Source of the DNA: Cycas panzhihuaensis | Taxonomy: Eukaryota > Plantae > Cycadophyta | DNA: 64,000 nucleotides | Assembly: GCA_023213395.1 (NCBI GenBank) | Contig: CM041465.1 | Coordinates: 163,377,741 to 163,441,740, forward strand | Reading direction: 5' to 3' | Shown: one piece after another, positions 51,001-64,000 of the stretch | Layout of the letters: every line of letters begins with the position of its first letter | How positions within the stretch are numbered: position 1 is the stretch's first letter | Translations under genes and position numbers: made by a program | Notes under the pieces: generated by a model | The model's input: the letters and a program-made list of their open reading frames with translations, nothing else | Told to the model about the DNA's origin: nothing | The model's database searches: none

Positions 51001-54000
51001 ATTAAATAATTGAGTGCCATATTAATGGCTATTAAAGAGAAGAAAAGCTGAAATGAATCTTTAGAACATACCTTTACAACTAAGGCAAGAATCAAGTCTA
51101 ATTTCCAAACTAAAAGTTTAAGATCAAGGAACTAATCTTCAATGGGGGAGAGATAGAAATCCTAGATAAGAGTCACACTAAGAGTGTCAACGTAGATACT
51201 AAGCTCCCCATTAAAGGAATCAAGGAGATAACTAAATATATCTAAGTCAACAAAGATATCAATGTCAAGAGAGACATTAATAAATGAGCCAATGCTATCA
51301 AAATTGTCAACGTTATAACAATTTTCAAAGGCCTAATTTTAATTATCCAAGTATTAGACAAAGGGGTAATTGAGGTCCATACCTAGAAAGTGGAAGGATA
51401 CCCTCCATTAATAAAGGAAACCCTAAAAGCAAGAGTCTTAGTTAAAGAGAAAGGGATCTAATTCATTATACATTTTGCCACAAAGATAGGTGCTTTGTTA
51501 AGAATAACCCTCCTATAAGGGGTATTGCTAATACAATTGTTGAATATGGAGAGAGTGATTAACTATTACTATTAAGCTTTATTGCCCATAAAAAATAAGA
51601 AGATTGTTGGTATATTGACTCTGGTTGCTTTACATATATAACCTATAAAGAAGAAATATTTTAAATTATTGACAAGACTATGAAGGGCATAATTATGTTT
51701 AGTGATAATACATTATATGAATCTAGTGGAAGGGACAAAGTTATTATTATGACAGATACAATTTAAAACAAATACCTTGATGATGTTTTACACGTTCCAA
51801 CTCTTAACAAAAATCTTCTATCTATGAGATAGATGATGGAACAAGATTATAAGATTATATTTGATAATAGCTATGCATTAGAGACAATAATCAAATTAGA
51901 TAGCAACATATAGCACAAAAGATTTAACCACCTAAACTATGGAAGCTTAGCCCTTATGAAGAGAATGAATATGGTTGAAGGACTACCATAAATTGAAGTT
52001 AACAAGGATATTTGTGAGGGTTGCCTCCTAAGTAAGCAACATAGGAAAAATTTTCTTGATGGAAGCTATAGAGTAAATGGGCCACTTCATTTAATCTACA
52101 TAGATCTTTATGGTCTAATGGATGTCCTATCACTAACCGGTGCAAAGTATTTCCTCACCTTCATTGATGATTATACAAGAAAAACATGGGTCTATTTTCT
52201 AAAATTTAAAGTAGATGAATTTTAATATTTTATAGATTTCAAAACCTTTATAGAGAAGTAAAGTGGATACAAGATACTTTCCCTATGATTAGATAATGGA
52301 GGAGAGTTCATTTCTAATGAATTTAATATATATTATACATACCATGGTATTATAAGATAATGTACAAACCCCTATACTCCATAATAGAATGGGGTTACTA
52401 AATATAAAAATTGCACCATAGTTAAGATAGCTAAGTGTATGTTCAAAGATAAAAACTTAGGATATGAGTTTTGGGTAGAAGCTATCCACACTATAGTTTA
52501 TCTCCTAAATAGGTGTATCACCAAGGCCCTTAGGTGGATGACACTCGAAGAAGTATGGACAGGTTATAAACCTAGTATTCATCACTTGAGAATTTTTAGA
52601 TGCCTGACTTATGCACATGTTCCTAAACAAAAAAGGACCAAACTTGATGAAAAGAGTACTAAATACATATTTATTAGGTAGAGTGATATTTGAAAGTCAT
52701 ATAATGTATATAACCCAAAAGAAAGAAAGGTTATGGTTAGTAGAGATGTTGTATTCAAAGAATATGACTACTATCACTCAAATTGTATTCAAGATAAAGA
52801 CAAGAATGTTATGATGAACTTTGACTCATCTCTTAGGTTTATATATGTACCACCTATATAATATTTAAGGTAAAATGTTGGTATATCAAGACTAAGTGAT
52901 GAGGGAACCTCCTCTTAACCTTAAAGGTTTCCCAAATGGGTTCAAAGAAGTCATGACTTGGATGACATATTGGACAATAACTTTGATAAGAGATCCACTC
53001 ATTCACATTAGGTCAACTTCACCTTTTTAAGTCAAGTAATGGAAATCCATAATCCTCACACCTTTAAAGAGGTTAATACTCATGATGAATGGAGGAAAGC
53101 CATGGAAAAAGAGTATAATTCCATAGTCAGAAATGATATATGGGAACTCATTGACCTTCTTCTCAAAAAAATATCCACTGGAACCAAATGGGTCTATAAG
53201 ACCAAGTTCAAATCAGATGGATCCATTGACAAACATAAAGTTAGATTTATTGCAAAAGTATATGCCCAAAGAGAAGGCATAGATTACAGTAAAACTTTTG
53301 CTCCTATTGCTCAGATGGAGACTATTCTTATGATGTTGAGTCTAGCTACCTAAAAAGGTTAGGATATACATCAAATGGATGTTAAAAGTATATTTCTCAA
53401 TGGCTATATTGAAGAGGAAATACATGTTCAATAACCAAAAGGTTTTAAAGTTAGGGGGAGAGGAAAATAAAGTGTATAAACTTAAAAGGGTACTCTAGGA
53501 TAGAAAAATACTTTAGAGATCAAGGGTTTGAAAGAGCTCAATTTGTTCTAAATTTATACATTAAAATTAAAGGAGTTTCCATATTAATTGTGGGACATTA
53601 TATTGATGATTTTATCTATCTAGGAAATGACTCCCACCTTTCTAAAAAATTTAAGAATGACATGTGTAAAGAGTTCAAAATGACTAACTTGGGTTTGATA
53701 CATTACTTTCTAGGATTGGAAGTTTAGAAAAATAATAATGGTATCTTTATCTCCCAAAGGAAATATACCTTGGACTTACTCCAAAAGTTTAAGATGAGTG
53801 ATTATAAGGCCTTATCCACACTAGTAGAAGTTGGTATTAAACTATCTAAAGTTGATAATTCTACATCGATGGATCCTATATTATATAAATAGTTGATTGG
53901 GAGCCTAATGTACTTGATATCTACATAACCTAATATCATGCATGTGGTTAGTGTTGTATCAATATTTAGGTGAGATCCTAAATCTATACATTAATAAGTG

Positions 54001-56775
54001 GCCAAACATATTCTATGATATTTAAAAGACACGAAGGAGTATGGGCTATACTATAAATTTTTACTAAATTTTAGATTGATTGGGTATACAGATTTTGATT
54101 GGGTAGGTGACAATGATAATAGAAAGTCTACTTTTGGATATATATTCAGTTTAGGTTCAGTAGCTAATGCATGGACTACTAAAAAGTAGAATACCATCTC
54201 CCTATCTATAATAGAAGTAGAGTATAAGGTAACAATATTAGGTGCATATGAGACAGTTTGGCTATGTTGACTACTTTATGATCTTCAGTTGAAACTGAAT
54301 GGTCCTACCAAAATTTTGTGTAATAATCAAAGCAATATTTAAATAACACATAATCTAATTTTTCATGGAAGAACTAAACATATTGAGATGCAACATCATT
54401 TCATTCGAGAATGCGCCCAAACAGGTGAAATAGAGTTAGCTTATTATAGTATAAAGATCAGATAATAGACATCTTTACAAAGGCACTTGGAAAAGTTAAG
54501 TTCCATAAATTCAGAGATAAGCTTAGAGTTATATATAATTAATATTATAGAGGAGAATATTAGCAATAATATTCATTATTTTATTAAATATGTGCATGGT
54601 GACTTTGGAATACATGGGGCTACTTATAACTATCTACAACTAACTTTGAAATAAGGTATGTATTATTTTAATTTCAAACAAAAGTGTCAGTTGAGGTGGG
54701 CTCCCACCTACCTCCCAACCTATAAATAAATGGTGCATTATACACTGGTGTTCTTTAATACCACCTGCAATTGGAAATTTATTATTATTTTTTAGCAATA
54801 TAGCGTGATATTTCATTTTGCTCTGTCCCCAATTACTTTAACTTATACTCATGAGTAGAATGGAGAAGTAAAAATAATGAACCAAACTTTGGTAGAAAAA
54901 GCCAAAATAATTATGAAGGATAAATATATTTTCAAATATCTTTAGGTATAAGCAATAAAAACTATTGCTTATATAACTAATCATAGTCACATGAAGCCTC
55001 TTTGGTATCAAACACCTAAGGAGGCTTAAGCAATAATTGCACTAATTATAAACCATCTAAAGACTTTTGGGAGAATTGCACATATGCATACACCCAAGGA
55101 GAAGAGAATAAAGTTTGATGATAAGAGCTCAAAATGTATTTTCACTAGATAAAGTGAAGAAAGTAAGGCTTACCCTTAAAGAAAGTAAGGCTTACCATAT
55201 AAGTCATGATGTCATCTTTGATGAAGGTGATAAGGAGATTAACTTAACTTCATTTGACACTAAATAACAACCTAAAACTAACACAAATAACATTAAATGT
55301 TATTCATTAAGATAAGTTATTATTTTTGAGCTTGATAAAGACAGTATGGGAACATAATCTAATGTTGAGTATGAGAAATTCTAGTTGAAGAAACACATCT
55401 TAGAGAATCATCATTAGCAAATTCCTAAGAGAATAATAAGGAACTTGAGAATTAATCACCTAATGATCCCTCATATTCCCTAAAGAAAAAGTTTCCTAAG
55501 TATTATTTAAAGATATTAACCAACTAAAATTTACTCGAACCCAAATGCAAGTAGATATTAAACTATATACCACAAGACTAATTTAATATTGCTCTTTTGG
55601 CGTATGCTTTGATTGTTGAAGATCCTTCCAATTTTAAGAAGGTAGTTAAGGAGAAACAGTAGAATGTTGTGATGGATGTTAAAATCTAAGTAATAAGAAA
55701 GAACAAAACTTGGGACTTAGTTGAGTTGCCTACTAATAAACATATGATTGATTGTAAGTGGGTTTATAGGGTAAAGTTTAAGGAAGATGGCATAATTAAG
55801 ATATATGAGATAAGACTTATTATAAAAGATTTTAAGTAGAAAGAAGGCATTCATTACTATGAAATGTTCATACCAATGGTAACGATGAATATAATTAAGA
55901 TCATTTTGGTTATTATTAAACAATTCAAGTTGCAAATTTACTAGATGGATGTAAAGAGTATTTTCTAAAATAGAGACCTTACTTAAGAAGTGTACATGGA
56001 GTAGGCACTTAGGTATGTTAAAAATGATAAAGAACATCTTATTTATTAACTTAAGAAAGCCTTGTATGATCTCAAATAGGCTTCTAAATCTTGGTATGAG
56101 AAGATTGATTAGTATATTTAAAAGAATGGATTTGAAAAAATGTCAAAAGACTTAAATATCTATGTAAAAGTTTACAATGGAAATTTTATGACCTTTATAA
56201 TTTTGTACATGGATGACTTCCTAATCATCAATAATATTATCACAATGACATCTAATCTAAATAAAAAACTAATGAATAATTTTAAAATAATAAATCTAGG
56301 TTCATTATATTACTTCCTAGATATGGACGTATGGCAAAGTCCTGATTAAATTTTCATCTCATAGGCAAAGTACATATGGGAATTCTTAAGAAATTTATAA
56401 TGGAAGACTCTAAGCCTATTGACACCTATATAGAAATAGGAGGGAAGCTTATGCTTAAGGAGATAACTAACCAATTAATGCCACATTGCATAAATAACTA
56501 GTTCATAGTTTAGACTATCTCATTACAACTAGATTGGACATTTCATTTGTAGTTGTCATGGTATCTAGATTTATGATAGCACAAAGTTAATATTATTAAT
56601 TAGCCATAAAGTGAATTCTTAGTCACTTTCATGGAACATTATTATTTAGATTAGAGTTTATTCATAATGACAACTTCACGTATGTTAGATTTATCAATGT
56701 AGATTAGGTTAGTTGTGTAATAATTTAGAATTTTACTCTGATACTATATTAGAAAGTACTCAATAATACATAGTG
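45063..56775 (+). mobile_element. Heavily decayed Ty1/copia element hosting a nested copia
   Basis: Putative LTR ~45063-45277; PBS TGGTATTAGGGC ~45280; gag ~45950-46700; PR/INT to 47702; INT resumes at 54846 ('ATYTHE*NG'); RT 55600-56500; RH interrupted at ~56775. Confidence 0.8.
47703..54840 (+). mobile_element. Full-length decayed Ty1/copia element with ~2.5-kb leader, TSD ACTTA
   Basis: LTRs at 47703-48007 and 54558-54840; TSD ACTTA at 47698-47702 and 54841-54845; PBS TGGTATCAGAGC at 48010-48021; PPT AGAGGAGAA before 54558; gag ~50460-51500, INT 52000-52760, RT 53039-54000, RH to ~54540. Confidence 0.93.
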
Positions 56776-58570
56776 AAATCATATTAAAGATATATAATAA
56801 ATTAATCATATCATAGGGAATGTACATAATTCATGCATTTAAGATCAATATATCAAACAATATCATGAACATAAACTATAAATATAAAGAAGTATGCATC
56901 ACAAGAGAGACAGTAAATTTATAAATGGAAACTCAGTGTGAGAAAAACCACAAGAGAAGGTTGGCATTAGGAGCTCCTCTTTATGATATTAAATGAATTA
57001 TAGCTCTAAGTAAATCCTTCTTCTCTTAAATTCTCAAGTGGTATGCATACAAATTTATAAATATGTCATGTCATAAATAACCTATAATATCTTTAAGACT
57101 TTTCATCATCCAATAGGATTTATATATGAATAATCATGTATATAACATCTATCAATGCTTTTGATGAGAGATTTTATGTGGATCCATAACAACATATTAA
57201 ACATTAGATATTTAAAAATATCATAGATTCTATTACTTTCTCTTATGTTTAGTATTTTTAATTCACAATCTTCATCTTCAACCTTGGTTTTCAATGTTTT
57301 CATGCTTTTCCTATCTATTGAAATTGATAAACATGTAAGTTGTATTAAATCTGTATCAAGTTTTATCAATTTGTATCACTTATAACCTATAAATCTATTA
57401 ACATCATGCTTGTTTCCTACAAGTAATGAACTTGTAATAATCTATATTCATATGTGATTATAAGTGACCAACTATGAGCATTGCACTTGTGTACCTATAA
57501 ACCAATCATCAATAAACAAAATAACTAATCTTCATTTTATAATGTTAACTTGTTAGGTTTATATAAAGTTTTATATTCAATAACTTTATATCTTCATTTA
57601 TAAGGCTACTATAAACATCAATACTATTAACCTATCATCTCAATAGTCTTATGAATAAAAAATATTACTGATGTCTATATAAAATAATAACCATCTACTA
57701 AAATACAATGGTAACTAGTTACTGTGATCACTAGTTTTATAGGATGTGTATCTTATATATGGTTGTGCTGATAGGCACTTCTAGGTGACTTTGGTTGTGA
57801 CTCTTTATTGTATCCTATTAGAGGGAGTAAATAGGAAAAAAAAGAAGAAGAAGAAAAAAGAATAGAAAATAATAATTGTAACAACGGTTCCTTCTTTCTT
57901 GCTATCATCACAATTATTTAATATATGAGTAAATTCCATCAAGTAGTCACTTCCTTCTCCCCAATGTCATAAATATGCTATTACTATTGCCATTATTGCT
58001 TCCATTTATCACCTCTACTAGAACGTGTATATCTTTTTACACACACAACTCTATATACTTAAGTGTGCCTATCAATACTTCTAGGCTATTATACAGTCTA
58101 CACTAGTTTATTAACAAACTAAACTACCACTTAGCTATTAGGTAAAATTTTATTATAATTGTAATATAAAATCTCACCTCTTGCATATAAGAATAATAAT
58201 ATAATCTATACATTATATAATAGTAGCTTTATTCATCTCACCTCTTATGTATGAGAAAATAACTTATATGCTTTCTCTATTTATACACACATTATCAACT
58301 TTTTTTTGGTAACTAATAAATAAAACTTATCAACATCAATAAATCCATAAATTAAACATACTAACTCTAGGAATATGGTAGACCACTTGGCTAAGTCAAG
58401 TTATAACAAGGTAATATAAATATTATATTCCCATGTCTCTTGTCATACATAATAAGTTAACTGGACTCCTTAATAGTTGATTTTGGTGTTAAGTAAATAA
58501 CATATGAGATTCATTCTCCATGTCTCATAAATAAGTAGAAAACTTTAACATCCTAATAACTCTCTAATAA
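56775..58570 (-). mobile_element. Possible long solo LTR inserted in the copia RNase H region
   Basis: The host RH frame breaks at ~56775. The motif GGAAACTCAGTGTGAGAAAAACCAC (~56927) resembles stem-loops seen near copia LTR ends. RH-like sequence may resume at ~58570. Boundaries uncertain. Confidence 0.35.
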
Positions 58571-59739
58571 ATAATAAACAGATAAACTAGGCCCTTCAAT
58601 AATAAAAATCTAGTGGTGTCATCAATCATCGTGTGTAAAATAAACTAGGTGATCATGGTATTTGACTAGAGTTGTGCATCCATTAGATCAAATATATTAA
58701 GTATTAAGGGGGATTTTGATTATTTTTAGCATAGAAGCACTTATAGAGATAATATATAAATAAAATACCACATATAAATGAACAAATAAATTATGATAAG
58801 CAATAACACCATAGAATTGGTGATGAGTAGATCTTATAATTAGGGTTGCCATAGTGTTGCTATATTGATCAACTACATAGAGTTGAGCCACAGAAGGCAA
58901 CTTCATACATAATTAAAATTGTGTTTGCATAGGCAATGCAATTTTATTAAGCATATCTAAGTTCATAGGATGCACAATGGGTGTTAAATAAGTGAAACCC
59001 TAATTGTACATTCAACAGTGAAAGCCTCATGTAATATACCTTAATAATAACCTGGCTAATAAATACCAATGTCCTTATTTTAAAAATAACCTATCTAACT
59101 TTCTTTTGCCATCATAACATTGACATGCATAAATTTTATTTATTATGTATACATAACATAAATCATGCCTCATCATATATTTGAATTGCCAACATGCTAC
59201 TTATATAAGCATCATGTCGCTTTTCATCATATAATCATAATACTTATTATGGGATAAGTTTTTATGTCACTCAATGTACCTTTAACTAAGTATATCTACT
59301 TCTGTTAATTATGAGATTAATTGAGATGGCCGATCTCATAGAATCTTAATCACTTTTATAGGGGGCCAACTTATATTGATGAATATAACTGGTAATAACT
59401 TCTTATTTTCTCTTCATCACATTATATTTAGTGGACTCAATCAAACATTGGTCAATGTAATCAAAGATTTTAGGCCCTATATCATTCATAATTATATTAT
59501 GGCTTATGTAACATAGGCCCCACTAAAAATGATATTAAATTAGGTAAAACCTATATGTAGATGGGCCAAATCGTTGGTCAAGATACAAGAGTTTGACCTA
59601 GAGGTAAAACCCACTAAGCTAGTAAAGGGATAAGTTTTGTGTAGCCTAATTTCAAAGATTCAAATAGAAAATTTCATAAAATTTACAAAGGATAAAAGTG
59701 ACTAAAATATGGAAGTAAGTGACTCAGCCTTATCACAAA

Positions 59740-60620
59740 TTATTAATAATTCTACTATATTTAATCCTTACTCTCATAATATTATATTTTACCTTAAGAA
59801 TGAATTATATACTAAATTTGTTGATAAAAGGGGATGGAGGTCATTAAAGTTGAGATTTAGGCCATATGTCTAATTAAAGGGTAGTTATATAGAAGAGGAT
59901 ATAACTACATTTTTCTAATATATTTGAAGATGGAAGAGCCCATGTAGGTACTTGAAGAATTTCATCAAGGCTTAAGTGAAGGCCACTTCATAGTAGAAAC
60001 TATTACTCATAAAATCATAACAGTTAGATATTTTTAGTCAACAATGTTGAAAGATACATTCCTTAAATCCAAAAGCTTTTAACCTATAAAAACTTCTTAA
60101 GTAGAGATTGTTTTCCCTACCACTTAAATGTCTATTTATAGACTAACATTTTGAGAAGTAGGGATTATATTTTATTGGGCTTATCAGGTCAACTTCTAGT
60201 AAAGGCTATATTTTTATTCTAACTGCTACAAATTAGTTTACTAGATTATTTGAAGTTATTCCTTTTGAAGAGGCTAATACTACTTTGGTGATTAACTTTA
60301 AGAATAAACTTTGATGCTAAAGTTTGGGACCCCTACTCAATTACTATCAGATAATGGGATAACTTTTGTATATGAATAAAAGACAAAATTCTTTCACAAG
60401 TATGCCATTGCTTTAAATACCCTTTCTAACTACTATCCTTAAGATAATAGCCTAGTTGAGTCTAAAATAAAAATCTAATTAGAGTCCTTAAAAGGATAGT
60501 AAAGTAAAGCTAGAGAGATTAGCATACCAAAATATTTCAAGCACTTTAGGTAGATAAGATAACCACAAAGAAAGTAACTGGAAATTCTCCATATCTACTT
60601 ATTTATAGGTGTTTCTTGGC
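59740..60620 (+). mobile_element. Ty3/gypsy integrase remnant (Tat-like)
   Basis: 'LYRRGYNYIFL..VLEEFHQGLSEGHF..ITHKII', 'FEK*GLYFIG', 'QLLSDNG', 'SNYYP*DNSLVES'. Confidence 0.8.
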
Positions 60621-61029
60621 ATCCAAGAATGACATGGATACTATGAAAAATACATAAGTGAAGGTATGCTTCATATCTCTTTATATTTCATTGATTTACT
60701 ATATTATTGTCTTAGATAGTGGATATATATTTTTTCTTGCTTGTTCTATGTGGTAAGCTATGTATACTTTTAGCCAATGATGAGTACGACTTTTGTCATT
60801 AAATATGAGTCCACTCATTAGGGTCCTTAAGTTGGAACATGTGTTTATATCTCCCTAAAAGGTCCTTTTAGTCTCACTTTGATCTATTTTTATGCTTTAT
60901 TTCATCATTTACCTCTTCTTATTAATAATATTTTTACCTAGACTTCACCATTGATGAGTTTTTAGCCTATTTGTATCCATTTTTTATTGGATAACTCTAT
61001 TTGCTACTAGATTGCTTTGATTTTTACTT

Positions 61030-61696
61030 ACAATAATAATAACATGAAGTATTTTATGGTATAATAAATATCTTCATGGTATGACTACTACCTATTGAGA
61101 TTTGGTCTTAACAGTGACAATCAACTAATTAATGATCTAGTGTTAGTCCTAGGTGGCCCATATTTATGGCTAGATTTGGTAGATTTGAAGATCGTAGTAT
61201 TTATTAATACCACCTTCATCATCAACTACATTTGTTTACTTCTTATCTTTATCTCTTATCATCCTTTGATTTCCTATAATAATGGGCATTTTAGCAGCCA
61301 TGTAATGCCCTAGAAGATACTCATGATGGGCTACTATTGGACCATATTATTCATCGATGCCCACACTTATGTTTATAAATATAATAAGTGCCAAGACTAT
61401 GTTGATCTTATTCGCCAACCCTCTACTTCGATGAGAATAATTCTCTCTCCATGGATTTTTTCTCAGTGGGATCTTAATCATATTGGGTAGATTTATTCCC
61501 CTTTAATTGGTAGTGATAAATTCATCCTCATGGTCACTCAGTACTTCACTAAGTAAAGTGAATCTATTCCTCTCATCACTGTGATAAGTAATGATAATAA
61601 CCCCCTTCATCTTTCACCACATATGTGTTATTTTGGGCTTCTCGATATTATAATAACAACATATTTTACAATAAAGATGTCAGTGACCTTTGTGAG
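61030..61696 (+). mobile_element. Second Ty3/gypsy integrase remnant, interrupted by an insertion
   Basis: 'GHFSSHVMP*KILMMGYYWTILFIDAHTYVYKYNKCQDY..PWIFSQWDL..QYFTK..NKDVSDLCE' and then an abrupt break. Confidence 0.8.
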
Positions 61697-64000
61697 TGTA
61701 GGAAAAAATAATCATGGAGAACATGGCAGAATATAAAAGAGATAATCATAAATCAATACAACATTGTTGCATAGTAGTATGAACACATAAAACTTATATA
61801 TTCAATCCATTGTTGTAAAGTGAGTATTATAAATATCCACAATGAAGGCATTATCTTAAGACACTAGGGTTACACACCCCTCAAATTATATAGTTTAGGG
61901 GAGGAGGGAAACTGCTCAACCCCTAAAATTTAAATAACAATAAAATAATATAAACTTAACTCAAATTAACTAAACTTACCTTATATTTACCTGCACATGT
62001 TGAGCACCCACATGTGTAAATTGATGAGAATGAGGTGTGCACTCCTAGTTGGAAAGTGAGAGTGGGGTGATGACTATTAACCCCAACATTCCCCCCCTTA
62101 ATGGTCATCACAAATAATGTTTTCTCTTTAAACTTATGGAATTTGTACTTGAAAAAAACTTTAAAATTCTATCTCTTAACTTGATCTTTATTAACTTGCT
62201 TCAACTTGCTAACAACATGTGTCCTTGTATCATGAAGTGGTATAAAAAAACTGTAAGTAAATGTAGCTTGATTGAAATGTGGAGGTGTGACTGGAACTTT
62301 GATTTTGTCAACAGGAACTTTAAGAAAACTTTGAACTTGAACTTTATTTTCTAAAAACTTTACATTGTGAACAACTATCAAATCATCATAACTCTCCCCT
62401 ATCATATCATAAGATTCTTTCTCACCCTCAAATGGAAGATCAGGTTTTTGTGCAACAAGATAATCATGCCTTTGATCTAAATCTTCCTTGGTTTTTTCAT
62501 TAGAATTTATCTGTTTTGATACTTGTCTCATATGCTTAACAAAATCAACATAAAATATATTGAGGGTATCTCCCCCATAAGTAGAAATCAAAACATCCCA
62601 TACAGATTTAGAAGTTGTTAATTCACAAACTTTAGAAAATATATTATCATCAATAGTATAAAATAATATCCTTAAGACTTCATTATCCTTTTTAAATTTT
62701 TTTTTAATACTAAGATCACATTCATGTTGTAAATATTTCCAAAGATTATATGTAATGAAATAATTTTGCATTATTTGATGCAATAGTGAAAAATTATGGC
62801 CATCAAATATAGGAAATTATATTTGATTAAGATTGATTGTCATTTTACATAAACCTTTAGTACATAAAAGGATATGCTTTTACTAAGTCAAAAAAGTCAA
62901 TAAACCAATGAACATATATGATTTTAAATAAGCTTTTTGAAAGGGATGTAATGCCTTTTAAAAGTGAATCAACTAAATGTAACTTTTATAAGTGCAATAA
63001 AGAAATAAGCTTTTTAACAAGGAACTTTTCAATAAATGTATGCCTTTTGAATAAATGACAACCTTATAAGATATAATTTTAGGTAGAATTTAAAATATAA
63101 TAAATATATAAGCAAATTTAAAGTGTAACAAATATCCTCTTAAATATGTAAATCTAAAATAAACTTTAATAAAAAAATAAAATGTCAGAATAAGGTAATG
63201 TTGGTGCATCTTAAATACTCAAGTTTAGCAGCTTCAAAGTTGTACTAAATGATGTCAGAATAATATGAAACTTTACTAGTATAAAGATTAATGAAATGTC
63301 TATTTAATGGAACTGATCGTTTTGAAAACGGGTTCCTATCAGTCAAATTTTGATGAACCAAATATACAGTCCTTGTTTTGAGGCCTAACAGGAGCCTGGG
63401 CCTTAAAATAATATAAAAATGTTAATAAAAAACTTATAGAATATTGTAAAATAGTCAATTATAGTTTATAAGGCTACTCAATATATGTTTGAATTGAAAA
63501 TTTGAGAAATAATATATAAAAAATCTATAATAAAGGTAGATTAGATGCTATTAAGTACCCCTACTTTAATGCTTTTGAAAACTAGAGGAAACACATCAAA
63601 AGTTATAAAAAATAATGTCAGATTAAAGAGGAGTGAGTCAAGTTCAAGGAAACCGATGAATCAATACGATATAAAACACAAAAGTTATAATAAAAATGGC
63701 AACAAGTACTTTTATGGTAAAAAGTTTAAAAAGTGTTAAAAAAAATACTAAAGTGTCACTTTGGACAATTAAAATAAATTCTAAAAATTAAAATAAATAA
63801 GTGGTAATGATGTTTGTTAGTAGTAGATGACTGCAAAATAGATCCAAGTAGAAAATAATCTCCCAGTGATAAACTATAATCTGTTAAAAAAATGATATTG
63901 TAAAAAAGTTTAAAAAGACTCAAAAATTTGTTGTATGACTTTAAATGACTGAAAATAGGTCAAATCAGCTCCAAATTGGTCATATGACTAGTCAAAATCA
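61697..64000 (-). mobile_element. Second gag-only LTR element (copia-type gag); 5' part outside the window
   Basis: 3' LTR at 61697-62088 (TGTAGG...CCCCAACA); PPT complement TTCCCCCCCTTA at 62089-62100; the gag ORF stops ~70 bp before the PPT; >1.1 kb AT-rich leader; no pol. Confidence 0.8.
62169..62842 (-). pseudogene. Copia-type Gag N-terminal protein (one early in-frame stop; 204-aa open part)
   Basis: 'MTINLNQI*FPIFDGHNFSLLHQIMQNYFITYNLWKYL..KDNEVLRILFYTIDDNIFSKVCELTTSKSVWDVLISTYGG' fits the DUF4219/UBN2-type gag pattern. Confidence 0.8.

Noticed and set aside
57106-59700. Short ORFs as host genes
   Set aside because: Low-complexity AT-rich translations with no motif or splice evidence.

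Overview
This is a very AT-rich plant nuclear window made almost entirely of nested, mostly decayed LTR retrotransposons, with no recognisable host gene. It contains five Ty1/copia elements and several Ty3/gypsy elements: one chromovirus, two convergent non-chromoviral pol remnants, one Tat-type element with an extra RNase H placed before RT, and two integrase fragments. It also has an L1 ORF1 remnant and two gag-only (TR-GAG-like) non-autonomous elements. Most stops are TAA/TAG/TGA at Gln/Arg/Trp positions, which indicates heavy C>T/G>A decay. Together with the Tat domain order this suggests a gymnosperm, possibly a gnetophyte (inference only). The most notable features are: (1) a 2.1-kb gag-only element (35093-37202) with identical LTRs and an intact 260-aa ORF, sharing two leader motifs with the neighbouring chromovirus; (2) an accessory cassette between two convergent gypsy pol genes, with several unrecognised decayed ORFs (one present twice in the window) and an array of about 40 palindromes at 21/22-bp spacing; (3) a CpG-retaining non-TE island at about 41.5-42.45 kb. 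All coordinates and counts were read by eye.
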